IMG/VR virus record: IMGVR_UViG_3300045599_000040 | Span: 1 to 64,000 of that record | Direction: 5' to 3' (one strand) | Length of the DNA: 64,000 bases | Source: a virus | Taxonomy: Duplodnaviria > Caudoviricetes | Part shown: positions 30,833 to 41,872 of the stretch, piece by piece | How positions within the stretch are numbered: the first letter of the stretch is position 1 | How the letters are laid out: each line of letters starts with the position of its first letter | Translations under genes and position numbers: made by a program | The notes under the pieces: generated by a model | What the model saw: the letters and a program-made list of their open reading frames with translations, nothing else | Told to the model about the DNA's origin: nothing | Databases searched by the model: none

Positions 30833-31411
30833 CTACTCTGAATTCCAGTCTTTAAAATCTCCCGCACGAAAGAAGTTGCCAAATGTATCTCGTGCTGGGA
30901 AAGGCTCACTTGTAGCAGGATAAACAAACAATTTGTGTTGGCACTTGTGACACCAAGTAGTTGCGGAGTTTTCAAAAACATAATGAGTCCCAGTGTTCCA
31001 GCAAGCGTTACATTTATAGTGCAATCTATATAGTTTCGTACCATCAGGTCGAATTTTTATCCCAGTTGTCACAAAATCTGGCTGATCTTCTGTTGATTTA
31101 TATGTACTCTCTAATTCTTCTTTGTCTAGTGTTAGGCCATGAATCATTTGTTGTCTAATCTCATCATTTTTAATTTCTGTTTCTTCATTGGATGACTGAA
31201 TTTCATCTGTCTCAATTTTATTAAAGAATGAGCTATAAGCTTTTCCAATTCTGTTGTACTCTTGAACCATCTCTAATACGTCATTCTTAATGTCAAACAA
31301 ATTAAATACATTTTGAATTATTACTAATTTACTCAGATTGTCAGTCTCAGATAAATTAACTTCTGCTTTTTTACCTTTGCCATCATCTATTGTAATTTTC
31401 ACATTCAACAT
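30833..31411 (-). CDS. Opposite-strand hypothetical protein with C-terminal Zn finger
   Basis: CNAC...CHKC; RBS GGAGAGTGG. Confidence 0.7.
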   Translation of the reverse strand: MLNVKITIDDGKGKKAEVNLSETDNLSKLVIIQNVFNLFDIKNDVLEMVQEYNRIGKAYSSFFNKIETDEIQSSNEETEIKNDEIRQQMIHGLTLDKEELESTYKSTEDQPDFVTTGIKIRPDGTKLYRLHYKCNACWNTGTHYVFENSATTWCHKCQHKLFVYPATSEPFPARDTFGNFFRAGDFKDWNSE

Positions 31412-31459
31412 TAAACCACTCTCCTTGGAGAATATTATATCAAGAACGGGAGGTGAATT

Positions 31460-31625
31460 GTGGTATCAAAGGAAAAGTATGTTCTTGATCGAATTGAATA
31501 CTTCATATTGGATAAAATTAATGGGGGTGGTGATATAGATCCATATTTATTAGATAAAGTGGAAATTTGATTATGAAGTTGAAGAATTGTATGTAAAATT
31601 AGATCAAATGAAGTATCGTGATTAA
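31460..31625 (+). pseudogene. Small gene apparently frameshifted at 31563-31565
   Basis: RBS GGAGGTG; removing one A from GGAAATTT gives a continuous 54-aa ORF. Confidence 0.35.
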
Positions 31626-31673
31626 ATACTCTTTAATAAGAGATAAAAAATTTTTAAAGGGAGAAATTTAAAA

Positions 31674-33716
31674 ATGGAATTTAAAGAATTTAAGAAACTA
31701 CTTCAAGAAAATTTTTTACAAATGTCAAAAGATGCAAGTCATTTATTTGAAGTTGATTTAGATAAAGATGAATTGTGGAGCCTATATCTAGAAAGTTTCC
31801 CTGAAGGAACAAACGAATTTTTTAGAGAGAGGAGAGAGTACGATTGCAGTTGTTGCAAACAATTTATTAGAAACATTGGCAATGCAGTTGTTATTTCCAA
31901 TAATAAAGTTAAAACCATATGGGATTTTAAAACTAGCGACACAACTTTTCAACCAGTAGTAAATGCTTTATCTAGCTATGTAAAATCACATATTGTTTCT
32001 GATGTGTATGTTAATAAAATCAAAAAAATTGGCACTGACAAAAACTTCGAGGATTTAGGTAATGGCAAGATTAATGAATGGCATCATTTTTACTTAGAAT
32101 TACCAGAGCGATTCGTTAGTAAAGGTAGTAGCTCAGAAGGGGAAATCAAAGGTTCTTTCAGAGATACTAGAAATGTATTTAAAAGATCACTAGATGAAAT
32201 TACAGAGGAAAGTCTGCTCACAGTATTAGAATTAATTTCTCAAAACTCACTGTATAAAGGAGAGGAGTGGAAATCAGTTCTAACCGAGTTTCTTAAACAT
32301 AAAAAAGAATATAATAAATTGAAGTCCAGTTCAGACAAAGAAAATTATACTTGGGAACAGTCTGTTAAAGTAGGTGTCGCAATTCGCAGGATTCGTAATC
32401 TCAGCATCGGAACACTGCTTACCAATGTTAGTGAAGGAATGGATTTGGATGAAGCAGTTAAAAAATATGAGGCAATTGTTGCACCCGAAAACTATAAAAG
32501 ATCAAAACCAATTTACACCAAGAAGATGCTAGATGATGCCAAAAAAACAATTGAAGAGCTTGGATATATGGATTCTTTAGGCAGAAGATACGCTACTCTA
32601 GATGATATTACAATCAACAATATTCTTTTCTCTAACAAAGATTCTGCGAAACGAATTGCTGGTACAGATATTTTTGACGAAATGTTAGGCGGAGCAGCTA
32701 TCAATCCAAAACAATTCTCTAGAGTTGAAGAGATTTCAATTGAAGGTTTTATCAACAATGTATTGCCAACGGCAAAAGAAATTGAAGTATTTTTAGAAAA
32801 CAAACATTCTAGTAGTATGGTTTCACTAATTGCACCTGAGAATAAAGACAGTAAGACCATGTTTAAATGGGATAATGGATTCAGTTGGGCATACTCTGGG
32901 AACATTACAGATAGCTCAATGAAAGAAAGGGTTAAGTCTGCTGGTGGCAATGTTGAAGGCATATTGAGATTTTCAATTCAGTGGAATGATCAAGAATATA
33001 ATGGGAATGATTTTGACGCCCACTGCATTGAACCTAGCGGCAATGAAATTTATTATGGGAATAAACACAATAGAGATACAACGGGTCAATTAGATGTAGA
33101 TATTATCCGCCCAGAAAGAAATAAACCAGCAGTTGAAAATATTACTTGGACAGACAAAAACAAAATGGGTTACGGCACTTATAAATTCTTTGTCCATAAC
33201 TATTCACATAATGGTGGCAGAGATGGTTTCAAGGCAGAAGTGGAGTTTGATGGACAGATTTATTCCTTTGAATACAACAAAGAGCTTAGACAAGGTGAAA
33301 AAGTTCATGTCGCAGAAGTTGTGTTTGATGGTAATGGATTCGCAATATACGAAAAGCTACCATCAAATGTTTCTTCAAAAGTAGTTTGGGGCTTAAACAC
33401 TAATCAGTTCATCCCAGTCTCAGTGATGATGTATTCTCCGAATTATTGGGATGAGCAAGATGAAATTGGCAATAAGCATTATTTCTTTATGCTTAAAGGC
33501 TGCACTAATCCAGAGCAGCCGAATGGATTCTATCCTGAATTTTTGAAAGAGGATCTAATGAAACATAGACGGGTTTTTGAGGCACTAGGTGGCAAAATGG
33601 CTGTAAAGGATCATCCAGATCAGCTAAGTGGGTTAGGCTTTAGCTCAACAAGAAGAAATGAATTGTTAGTAAAGGTAAAAGGTCAAACTGAACGAGTAGT
33701 TAAAGTCAAATTTTAA
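31674..33716 (+). CDS. Large conserved phage protein with a C-terminal YfaP/TerD-like domain
   Basis: 680 aa; LRFSIQWN...[16 protein letters not shown]...GQLDVD...AVENI. Confidence 0.6.
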   Translation: MEFKEFKKLLQENFLQMSKDASHLFEVDLDKDELWSLYLESFPEGTNEFFRERREYDCSCCKQFIRNIGNAVVISNNKVKTIWDFKTSDTTFQPVVNALSSYVKSHIVSDVYVNKIKKIGTDKNFEDLGNGKINEWHHFYLELPERFVSKGSSSEGEIKGSFRDTRNVFKRSLDEITEESLLTVLELISQNSLYKGEEWKSVLTEFLKHKKEYNKLKSSSDKENYTWEQSVKVGVAIRRIRNLSIGTLLTNVSEGMDLDEAVKKYEAIVAPENYKRSKPIYTKKMLDDAKKTIEELGYMDSLGRRYATLDDITINNILFSNKDSAKRIAGTDIFDEMLGGAAINPKQFSRVEEISIEGFINNVLPTAKEIEVFLENKHSSSMVSLIAPENKDSKTMFKWDNGFSWAYSGNITDSSMKERVKSAGGNVEGILRFSIQWNDQEYNGNDFDAHCIEPSGNEIYYGNKHNRDTTGQLDVDIIRPERNKPAVENITWTDKNKMGYGTYKFFVHNYSHNGGRDGFKAEVEFDGQIYSFEYNKELRQGEKVHVAEVVFDGNGFAIYEKLPSNVSSKVVWGLNTNQFIPVSVMMYSPNYWDEQDEIGNKHYFFMLKGCTNPEQPNGFYPEFLKEDLMKHRRVFEALGGKMAVKDHPDQLSGLGFSSTRRNELLVKVKGQTERVVKVKF

Positions 33717-33754
33717 AAAAAATAAAAAAACAATCGAAGGAGAAGTGATTTAAG

Positions 33755-34141
33755 ATGACAGAAAACATTTTTGAGTATGCGGTAAAAAACAAATTACGAT
33801 TCCCCTTTAAGGGGATGGCAACTGTTGAAGATCTATTTGATTTATCTGTGGAGACTTTGGATCACATTTTCAAAACTCTCAATCATGAATTGAAAAATGT
33901 ACAGGAAGAAAGTCTACTTGGAACAAAAACAAAAGAAGATAAAGAATTGGATATTAAGATTGCTATTGTTAAACATATTGTTAGCACAAAATTAGAGGAT
34001 CAAAAACAACGGCTAAAAGCCAAAGAACAAAAAGAAAAGAAGCAAAAGATTTTAGAAATTTTGTCAGCAAAGCAAGATCAAGATTTACAGAATAAAACAA
34101 TTGATGAACTTCAAAATATGCTGAATGAGTTAGATAATTAA
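33755..34141 (+). CDS. Conserved phage coiled-coil protein, partner of the upstream gene
   Basis: KLRFPFKG...VEDLFDL, then a coiled coil. Confidence 0.65.
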   Translation: MTENIFEYAVKNKLRFPFKGMATVEDLFDLSVETLDHIFKTLNHELKNVQEESLLGTKTKEDKELDIKIAIVKHIVSTKLEDQKQRLKAKEQKEKKQKILEILSAKQDQDLQNKTIDELQNMLNELDN

Positions 34142-34150
34142 ATAAGAAGT

Positions 34151-34181
34151 TAGGCAGAGAGAATGTTTTTCTCTCTGCCTA
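34151..34181. terminator. Strong hairpin / possible terminator
   Basis: 13-bp stem TAGGCAGAGAGAA/TTCTCTCTGCCTA. Confidence 0.55.
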
Positions 34182-34215
34182 TAAAACAACTATTTTAAAT
34201 GAAAGGAGATTAATT

Positions 34216-34446
34216 TTGGACAAGGAAAAATTGAAAGAATTTTTAAGAGAGCTAGCTAAATTAGAAAATAAATATGGTATCTGGGTTACAGCGAGCTATG
34301 AAGAAAATATTGATTACGACTATGGAGAAAATCCTTATGTGTGTGGTGTGTCTGCCTATCTTGTTTTTTCAGATAGTGAAGGCAATGAAATGACATTAGA
34401 CAATCTTGATATTGATGAACTAAAAGAGCTGCACGAAGGAGAATAA
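34216..34446 (+). CDS. Hypothetical protein
   Basis: RBS AAGGAG, TTG start. Confidence 0.6.
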   Translation: MDKEKLKEFLRELAKLENKYGIWVTASYEENIDYDYGENPYVCGVSAYLVFSDSEGNEMTLDNLDIDELKELHEGE

Positions 34447-34591
34447 AATATAACAACAAACAACACAGAAGATATATAAAAGTTAGTTAATTAGAAAATT
34501 TATTAAAGGTAGAAGAGAGTAATTGACAGCTAATTTCCGTTGTAACTTTAGACTTTATTTCCTAGATCATTTATCCTAATATGGAAGTGAG

Positions 34592-35494
34592 GTGAAAATT
34601 ATGACAGATTTTTATGAGATTGTTAACTTAGATAGAGACATCGACAGGAGGCATAGATGGAGGAAGCACCGTGAACAAACGAGTAAATTCATAAATGAAG
34701 TAGTGAGCTTGATGAAAAATAGAAAAAGTGTTGGAGTATTTGGAGCAGGAAATTGTGACGACTTTGATGTTGAGTTGTTAACTGCAAACTTTGAAAAAGT
34801 TTATTTGCTTGATATAGATACAGAAGCAGTTGAGCGTGGAATAAGTCATTTAAATGAAGATCATAAAAAGAAGATACAGATTATTGAAGTAGATTTTGTT
34901 AACATGAGTGATTTCAGAAATGAATTTGTTAGAAAACTAAATTCAGAAGAATCAAAGAAAAAGATAGTGAAATACTTACGTAGTGTCCACCTCGTAAATG
35001 AGGAGTTTCTTAAAAATTTTAAAGAGATATTTAATGTTACTATAGTTTCCGCAATTTACACACAATTATTCTATAACGAGTGCTTAATCATACTTGAGGA
35101 ACATGGCACTTACCTTACCCAGAAAGAAATTAAGGACATAATTATTGATTTGGCATATGTTCGGGATCAAGTAGTTAAATCTTTTAATGAATTGGTTCAC
35201 AGTTGTACTTGTGAAAAAGGCTATATGATACAATGGACTGACCTTATTGAAGTTAACAAAAATAATACCTGGATACTATTAGAGTTTGAAAAAATACACA
35301 ACCAAAAAGAAAAAATCGATTATATAGGTAAACTATGTGGAACATATGGAATTCCTTCAGGCGTTAATGGTTGCAAACAATTTATTAAATTAATCGATAA
35401 AAATGAAGAAATACTTTTAAGCTATTGGAGATGGAGATTTTCAGATCAGAAAAATTATATAGTAGCTGGGATATATGGGCAAAAAGGAGTTTAA
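34592..35494 (+). CDS. Class I SAM-dependent methyltransferase-fold protein
   Basis: VGVFGAGNCDD motif I and LLDID motif II. Confidence 0.65.
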   Translation: MKIMTDFYEIVNLDRDIDRRHRWRKHREQTSKFINEVVSLMKNRKSVGVFGAGNCDDFDVELLTANFEKVYLLDIDTEAVERGISHLNEDHKKKIQIIEVDFVNMSDFRNEFVRKLNSEESKKKIVKYLRSVHLVNEEFLKNFKEIFNVTIVSAIYTQLFYNECLIILEEHGTYLTQKEIKDIIIDLAYVRDQVVKSFNELVHSCTCEKGYMIQWTDLIEVNKNNTWILLEFEKIHNQKEKIDYIGKLCGTYGIPSGVNGCKQFIKLIDKNEEILLSYWRWRFSDQKNYIVAGIYGQKGV

Positions 35495-35566
35495 TAGCTC
35501 CTTTGGTAAGAGATAAAATATAATTAAAATTATGATATTACAGAAAGCGAGTAGTGATATGTAGAA

Positions 35567-35845
35567 ATGAAATTACTATATTGCAAAAAATGCGGCGATG
35601 TATTTAATTTAAAATTTCACATCAAAAAATGTTATTGTGCTGAATCAGAAGGTTATTATATTGATGAAATAAATGCCAAATATAATGGTGACTGTATACC
35701 TATAGGAATAGATAATCATAGCTTTAGATCCGCAATAAACCTTCAGCCACAACAAGGGCTTGGTAAGAGATTTGATGCATTCGTTATTCCAAAAGAATGT
35801 GAAACATTTACGAAAGTTGAGATATTTAATGAAAATAAACTATAA
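35567..35845 (+). CDS. Cys-rich hypothetical protein
   Basis: CKKC, CYC. Confidence 0.65.
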   Translation: MKLLYCKKCGDVFNLKFHIKKCYCAESEGYYIDEINAKYNGDCIPIGIDNHSFRSAINLQPQQGLGKRFDAFVIPKECETFTKVEIFNENKL

Positions 35846-36050
35846 GGATTTTGAAATAGAAGTAAAAAGAGAACAATGCTTAGGTGGATGGTCAATGTTG
35901 TATTTTACAGTAATCACCCCAACTGGATATTATTTAATTGACACCTTTGAAGATTCAAGTGAAAAGGTAAGGGACAAAATTTCACAGTTAAAAGAAGTAG
36001 TCAATGACTATCTTGAGAATCCACAAAATTATGAAGATATTACTGATTAA
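35760..36050 (+). CDS. Hypothetical protein (true start probably the ATG near 35829)
   Basis: ORF track. Confidence 0.55.
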   Translation: MVRDLMHSLFQKNVKHLRKLRYLMKINYKDFEIEVKREQCLGGWSMLYFTVITPTGYYLIDTFEDSSEKVRDKISQLKEVVNDYLENPQNYEDITD

Positions 36051-36068
36051 TTTTAAGGACGTGATCTT

Positions 36069-36596
36069 GTGTACAAAGGTTGGATAAAAAGTAGTTTAGC
36101 ATTTCAAAAAACTATCGGGTTTTCTTATCAGGGCAAGCATCACCGCAGAAATAAATATTATAAATTCTTCAATGTCGAAGTGACAGATGACCAATACCTA
36201 GAAATGAAAAGTAAGTGGAAACATTTCAAGGAAGATATTCAATGGGATCTTCGTAAAAAGGTTGATGAGGCTTTTGGGATTAAAGAAGGAGATTTGACTG
36301 CCTCGATCTTAAATGGTAAAAGGTATTTTTTTAATAGGTATAGCAATTTAAATTATACTAGTAAGCTTCGTGAATGGACAAAAAACAATGGTCTTTATGT
36401 ATACAATAGAGAAAAGTATATTTATGAAGGTTATATAGCGCTTAAGGCACACATTGCACAGGATGGCAGCACTTGTTCGGAACATGAACAATATATTGAA
36501 AAGTTAACAAGAAGATGTGATTTTGATGAAAGTGATATTGATACTTATATAGATGATTTGTTAATTATAAAAAATAAATTGAAGGAATTTAAATAA
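36069..36596 (+). CDS. Hypothetical protein
   Basis: ORF track; stop codon overlaps a boundary palindrome. Confidence 0.6.
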   Translation: MYKGWIKSSLAFQKTIGFSYQGKHHRRNKYYKFFNVEVTDDQYLEMKSKWKHFKEDIQWDLRKKVDEAFGIKEGDLTASILNGKRYFFNRYSNLNYTSKLREWTKNNGLYVYNREKYIYEGYIALKAHIAQDGSTCSEHEQYIEKLTRRCDFDESDIDTYIDDLLIIKNKLKEFK

Positions 36597-36631
36597 GATT
36601 ACGATTTTAAACTGAAAGGATTTGTTCTTGA

Positions 36632-36847
36632 ATGGTTCTATATGCAATTAAAGTGTGCTACGGAGAGTATGAAGGTTATTTAAGCAGTTGGTGGAATCCA
36701 ACAAAAGATCTTAATGATGCAATGATCTTTATTGGCTTAAACGAAGCAAAAGAAATGTTAATTCGATATTCAGATACCTTTGATTATGAATCCACACCAA
36801 AGATAGATTTAGTTAAATGGGATGTAAAAGAAACTATAATAAGATAA
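36632..36847 (+). CDS. Hypothetical protein
   Basis: Flanked by boundary palindromes. Confidence 0.6.
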   Translation: MVLYAIKVCYGEYEGYLSSWWNPTKDLNDAMIFIGLNEAKEMLIRYSDTFDYESTPKIDLVKWDVKETIIR

Positions 36848-36879
36848 TATTATCATTTTAAGAGGAGGTGGGATGATAT

Positions 36880-37089
36880 ATGATTAAAACTCTAATTTCT
36901 AAATTGTATCACAAATATGTGTGTAAGCCTGATTTTGATCCGCATCAAACTTTGGAACATTTTCTGGAAATAGCCAAGGAGGAATATGAACTTCGCAAAT
37001 ATTCCACTATAGACACCTTTGAGAAATTGCAACTTATACAAAAAGCTGCTTTAATCAACTGGAAAATGAAAAACTGGGGAAGAAGATAA
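36880..37089 (+). CDS. Hypothetical protein
   Basis: RBS GGAGGTG; flanked by boundary palindromes. Confidence 0.6.
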   Translation: MIKTLISKLYHKYVCKPDFDPHQTLEHFLEIAKEEYELRKYSTIDTFEKLQLIQKAALINWKMKNWGRR

Positions 37090-37137
37090 AACCTTCGTTT
37101 TAACTGGTTTATAGAAATCAAATATAATATAATAGAG

Positions 37138-38412
37138 GTGAAATATAAAATGTCTATACTTCAATTAAAATCATCAAATCCTGAATTCTCATACATTATT
37201 AAAAAGAACCCAAACTCAGGAATGATTATTAAATCAATCCGCAAAGGTCATGCCTTCGGTTGGTATTCAAACGATGATACATACAACATCTATTTTAAAG
37301 ATGCAGAAAACGACATTTCATACAAAGAAGATAAAGATCAGCAATTTGAATACTTAAATGTATCAAGATATAACACCCCGTTATTTCCTTTGAATGCAAT
37401 ATCCGAGTTTTTAAAGTCAACATTAAACGAGCAAACTGAGCAAGATCAGAATGGTTATCTGAATGTCTTAACCGTGAACATGCTTCATATTGAACTGGTA
37501 AGGTACATTGATTTTTTTAAAAAGCATTACCCAGACTACAACTTTGAAACAAAACACTTAGCACATAAAAGCTATACCTTGACTATTTCAACAAATCAAT
37601 CTGTGTATAAGCTTCTAAATGTTGCAAGCTCATTGTTTATTTTCTTAGCTATGTTTGGCAAGGAGTATCTAGATGTATCCGACAATTTAATTGCAAAATA
37701 CATTCAATGTATTAATGTAACAGATGCTCCTTATTATATTCGCAGCCTATTCGTTAGAAACTTCCTATCAACAAAAGCAAGACTCAATAAGTTTAAAAAT
37801 GAGATTGAAGCTACAAACAAATACAAAATAGACTTTGAATTTGGAAATACAGCACAGCAACGTAGAAACTATATAGAAAAAATCATTTCATTTAACAAAC
37901 CTATTATTGATATTGGATGTGGCGAAGGCTTTTACATGTTTCCTTTTTCAAAAAGAATCAAAGATCACGAGTACCATGCAATTGACACCAATAAAGAAAT
38001 TGTTGAAATTCTAGAAGCAAAAATTAAGGCCAGAAACATAAAGAATGTTCTAACACATAAATCAGTTGAAGATTTTTTAGAGTCTTACCAAGAGGAACTT
38101 TCTGATGTAATTCTTACAGAGGTAGTTGAACATTTAGAGTTAGATGAGGCTAAAAAACTAATTAAAAAAGTTTATGACAACATAAACTTTGACAAGTTTA
38201 TTATCACAACACCGAATTTTGATTTCAATAAGTTCTACGATATTGACATCAGACATGATGACCACAAATGGGAAATGACATCTGCTGAATTCAAGGGTTG
38301 GATCTTGACTATGTTTCAAAACGATACTTGCAAATTGGACTTCTTTGGTATTGGAGATAGGGTAAATGGTATTCAAACAACTCAAGGAGTAATAATTAGA
38401 AAAGAGGGTTAG
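37138..38412 (+). CDS. hen1: Hen1 RNA 2'-O-methyltransferase with N-terminal ligase-activating domain
   Basis: N-terminal FSYIIKKNP; C-terminal DIGCGEG, EVVEHL, ITTPN, RHDDHKWEMT..EF. Confidence 0.88.
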   Translation: MKYKMSILQLKSSNPEFSYIIKKNPNSGMIIKSIRKGHAFGWYSNDDTYNIYFKDAENDISYKEDKDQQFEYLNVSRYNTPLFPLNAISEFLKSTLNEQTEQDQNGYLNVLTVNMLHIELVRYIDFFKKHYPDYNFETKHLAHKSYTLTISTNQSVYKLLNVASSLFIFLAMFGKEYLDVSDNLIAKYIQCINVTDAPYYIRSLFVRNFLSTKARLNKFKNEIEATNKYKIDFEFGNTAQQRRNYIEKIISFNKPIIDIGCGEGFYMFPFSKRIKDHEYHAIDTNKEIVEILEAKIKARNIKNVLTHKSVEDFLESYQEELSDVILTEVVEHLELDEAKKLIKKVYDNINFDKFIITTPNFDFNKFYDIDIRHDDHKWEMTSAEFKGWILTMFQNDTCKLDFFGIGDRVNGIQTTQGVIIRKEG

Positions 38413-38416
38413 GTTA

Positions 38417-40999
38417 ATGGAGATAAAAATTAAAGTACATACAATTTTTCTAATGGTGGGGGCAACTGAATCTGGCAAAACCACATTTGCAAAAGAAGTT
38501 CTTATTCCACAGTTGCGATTTAGTGATATAAATAAAAATTATATTTCTAATGTTCAATATATCTCATCTGATGAGATTAGGCAGGATATCCTTGGTTATA
38601 AATATGATAAACATGATCGAGTTATGCTTGAGTCAAGTGAACATGCATTTAATCTTCTTTTTGAAAAACTTAGAGCTGCAACATCTTTTCCCATCAATGC
38701 AGAGTTTGTTATTGTCGATACAACGGGGCTATCTGAAGAGTTCAGAAACAAAGTAATCCAAATTGCCAAAGAGAATCATTATAATATTGAATGTGTCTTG
38801 TTTGACTATAAGGATAGGAATGATTATTTCACCACTGAAACATCCAAAGCACTGATCAGTAATCATTTGACAAGACTGAGAAAAGAAGTAGTTGCGGATA
38901 TAACGAGAAAAAAATACAGCCAAATTCATAAAATTAGAAACAAGAATTTCTACGATCCAGTTAGCGGAAAAGCAAATTCTGAATATAAGGTCATTGTTGA
39001 AAACATGGGAGAGTATTTGAATCATATTCTTCCTACCCATAATAAGTATATTGCAATAGGCGATATTCATGAAAAAGTTGAGGAATTAAAATCTTTATTA
39101 ATCCAACATGGATTTAATATAGACAATAACAAACTAGAGCATAGCGATAAACGATATAGGATAATTCTTGTTGGCGATTATATTGATAAAGGCCATAATA
39201 CGAAAGAGACAATTGATTTTATTTATAACAACAAAGAATGGTTTTATATTGTACTAGGTAACCATGAAAACTTTGTATACAAATATATTAATGGCGAAAT
39301 ATCTAAAACAGAAGCATCGGTAATGAAATATTTTGACTCAATAAATGCCATCCAAGCAGATAAAGAACTAAAAGATAAATTTTTTGAACTTGTTAATATA
39401 TCTAAAAATTTTTACAGGCACATTGGAACACAAACGCCATCATTTTACGTAACACATGCCCCTGTTCAAAACAAATACCTTGGCAAGATTGACAACGTTT
39501 CACAGAGAAATCAAAGGAGATTTGCCATTGATAGAGATAAACCAGTTGAAGGGCAACTTCAGTTCTTAGTTGATGAAGCTGTATCAAATAATCCATTTCA
39601 TGTATTTGGACATGTGGCAGTTAAAGGAATTGCTCGAATAAAAAATAAGATCAACATTGATACTGGATGTGTTCATGGAAACTATCTCTCGTCCGTAACT
39701 CTAGACTCATGGAAACCTTTTTACAGAAAGCAAAAAACATCAGGGTTTTATATTGAGGAAGATTTGCCGCTACTGTTCCAAAAAGAAGAGAATGTTTCAT
39801 TGAACGATCTAAGCGATGACAACAAGAGAAGGTTAAGATATGCTCTTAAAAATAAAATCAACTTCATTTCAGGTACAATGTCTCCATCTGATAAAGATGT
39901 TGAATCGAATGACCTAGAATCATTAAAGAGTGGGCTAATGTATTACAAAAACAAGGGAGTGGACAGCGTAGTTCTACAACCAAAGTACATGGGGTCGCGC
40001 TGCAATATTTATCTGGATAGAAATATTGCAGAGTGCTTTGCTGTTAGCAGAAATGGATATAAGATAAAACAGGTTGATTTGACTCAAGTTTATGAAAAAT
40101 TACTTCAAAAATTTAGCCACTACATGAAAACTAATAATATCAAAACCTTTGTACTGGATGGAGAACTTCTTCCTTGGAGTATTTTAGGAAAGGGATTGAT
40201 TGAAAGGCAGTTTAGAACAATAGGTGTTGCATTAGAAACAGAGCTAAGTTTTTTAAAGCAGAATGATTTTGAAAATCAATTTCTAAGCTTGGTTGAGAAT
40301 TATAACAATAGCGGATTTGAAAAGGATAGCTTTAGCACATCCAACAGTGAACTGAGTAAAAAATACGGGAATACGAACTACCAAAATTATAAAAACGTAA
40401 AAGACATCGTAAACATTTATACTTCAGTAAGTGATCATTATGAAGCCTATCAAAATTATAAAAAGCAAGTTGAGCTATACGGCTTTGAAGGAGAGGCAAC
40501 ATATAAACCCTTCTCAATTCTGAAAGAAATTTATAATGATGGGAGCGAAAAGGTTCCCAACGAAAAAACATCTGAAATTTTTAATCTGGTCTCAGATGAT
40601 GATTCTCTTTTGATTGATTTTAATAAGAATCCAAAATTTTATGAAGAAGCTTTGCAATTCTATAACAATGTCACAACTGAGAAGAAGATGGAAGGTGTAG
40701 TTATCAAACCAGAAATAATGGTGGATGGAGTTGCTCCATATCTAAAGGTGCGTAATCCTAATTACCTAATAATAGTATATGGATACGACTATAAATTTCC
40801 TCATAAGTATGAGAAACTGATGGAACAAAAAAATATCAGAGGAAAGCTTGAAACATCGATCAAAGAATATAAGCTAGGAGAAAAGATGTTGTCATTCTGC
40901 TTGGATAGTATAGATGTTAACAACAAGGATTATATGCAGGTTGTAGCAAATATGCTTTTTGAAGTAGAGAAAGAAAGAGATATTGATCCAAGGCTGTAG
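38417..40999 (+). CDS. pnkp: Pnkp: polynucleotide kinase - phosphoesterase - RNA ligase
   Basis: GATESGKTT; GDIH, GDYIDKG, GNHE, FGH; ligase motifs QPKYMGSR, DGEL, EGVVIKP, KVR. Confidence 0.9.
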   Translation: MEIKIKVHTIFLMVGATESGKTTFAKEVLIPQLRFSDINKNYISNVQYISSDEIRQDILGYKYDKHDRVMLESSEHAFNLLFEKLRAATSFPINAEFVIVDTTGLSEEFRNKVIQIAKENHYNIECVLFDYKDRNDYFTTETSKALISNHLTRLRKEVVADITRKKYSQIHKIRNKNFYDPVSGKANSEYKVIVENMGEYLNHILPTHNKYIAIGDIHEKVEELKSLLIQHGFNIDNNKLEHSDKRYRIILVGDYIDKGHNTKETIDFIYNNKEWFYIVLGNHENFVYKYINGEISKTEASVMKYFDSINAIQADKELKDKFFELVNISKNFYRHIGTQTPSFYVTHAPVQNKYLGKIDNVSQRNQRRFAIDRDKPVEGQLQFLVDEAVSNNPFHVFGHVAVKGIARIKNKINIDTGCVHGNYLSSVTLDSWKPFYRKQKTSGFYIEEDLPLLFQKEENVSLNDLSDDNKRRLRYALKNKINFISGTMSPSDKDVESNDLESLKSGLMYYKNKGVDSVVLQPKYMGSRCNIYLDRNIAECFAVSRNGYKIKQVDLTQVYEKLLQKFSHYMKTNNIKTFVLDGELLPWSILGKGLIERQFRTIGVALETELSFLKQNDFENQFLSLVENYNNSGFEKDSFSTSNSELSKKYGNTNYQNYKNVKDIVNIYTSVSDHYEAYQNYKKQVELYGFEGEATYKPFSILKEIYNDGSEKVPNEKTSEIFNLVSDDDSLLIDFNKNPKFYEEALQFYNNVTTEKKMEGVVIKPEIMVDGVAPYLKVRNPNYLIIVYGYDYKFPHKYEKLMEQKNIRGKLETSIKEYKLGEKMLSFCLDSIDVNNKDYMQVVANMLFEVEKERDIDPRL

Positions 41000-41058
41000 T
41001 ATGGGGAGAATTACTCCCTCCATATATCTCAAATCTTATTGAGAAAGAAGGAGAATAA

Positions 41059-41868
41059 ATGAAAAAAATTATAAAAAAACTAAAGCATCAAAAATCGACC
41101 ATTGAATCACAAGGTCACAAGGTAGCCTATATTTGTTTATATGGTTCTCAAAATTATGGACTTGATATCTATACAGACGACTATCAATCAGATCTTGACA
41201 TGAAAGCTATTTTAATTCCCACTCTTGATGATTTAATAAATAACAACAAACCAATTTCCACAGTTATTGAAACAGAGTGGGGAGAGTGTGACCTAAAAGA
41301 TATTCGCAGCTATTTTGAAACTTTACTTAAGGGCAACCCTGCGTATCTCGAAACACTTTTTACAAAATACTATATTGTTGATGATGGTTTTGAAACAGAA
41401 TTCAAAGAAATCCTATCCTTTAAAGATGATTTGGTTCACACACTTAGAGCACAAATGATTCGTGCAATGTATGGAATGATGCTAGAAAAAGAAAAAGCAT
41501 TGTGTCACCCATACCCATCAATTGCTCACAAGATTGAAAAATTTGGCTATGATGGTAAACAAGCTCATCATGTTTTAAGAATGTGGCTAATGATGAAAGA
41601 CTATTTCAAGTTCAAAAAGCCTTTGAGTGACTGTTTCTATCCCTCATCAGAATACAAACAGTCACTGATTAACCTAAAACTTAGCATTCCTTCTTTAGAT
41701 TATGTTAAAAATAATGTTCAAGAAATTATGACTAAAGCCAACCACCTCAGAGATGAAGTGATTGAAAGCACCAATGAAAACACATTTGATTATTCGATTA
41801 AAAATGATTTCATCAACTTATCACGCAAAATTATTAAAGATAAAATAATTAAAGATATAAGGGGATAA
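41059..41868 (+). CDS. Pol-beta superfamily nucleotidyltransferase (RlaP-like), copy 1
   Basis: GSQNYGL...SDLD; GNPAYLETLF; YDGKQAHHVLR. Confidence 0.75.
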   Translation: MKKIIKKLKHQKSTIESQGHKVAYICLYGSQNYGLDIYTDDYQSDLDMKAILIPTLDDLINNNKPISTVIETEWGECDLKDIRSYFETLLKGNPAYLETLFTKYYIVDDGFETEFKEILSFKDDLVHTLRAQMIRAMYGMMLEKEKALCHPYPSIAHKIEKFGYDGKQAHHVLRMWLMMKDYFKFKKPLSDCFYPSSEYKQSLINLKLSIPSLDYVKNNVQEIMTKANHLRDEVIESTNENTFDYSIKNDFINLSRKIIKDKIIKDIRG

Positions 41869-41872
41869 TCTG

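Noticed and set aside
41000-41023. Terminator after pnkp
   Set aside because: Imperfect stem and no U-tract; not supported enough to list.
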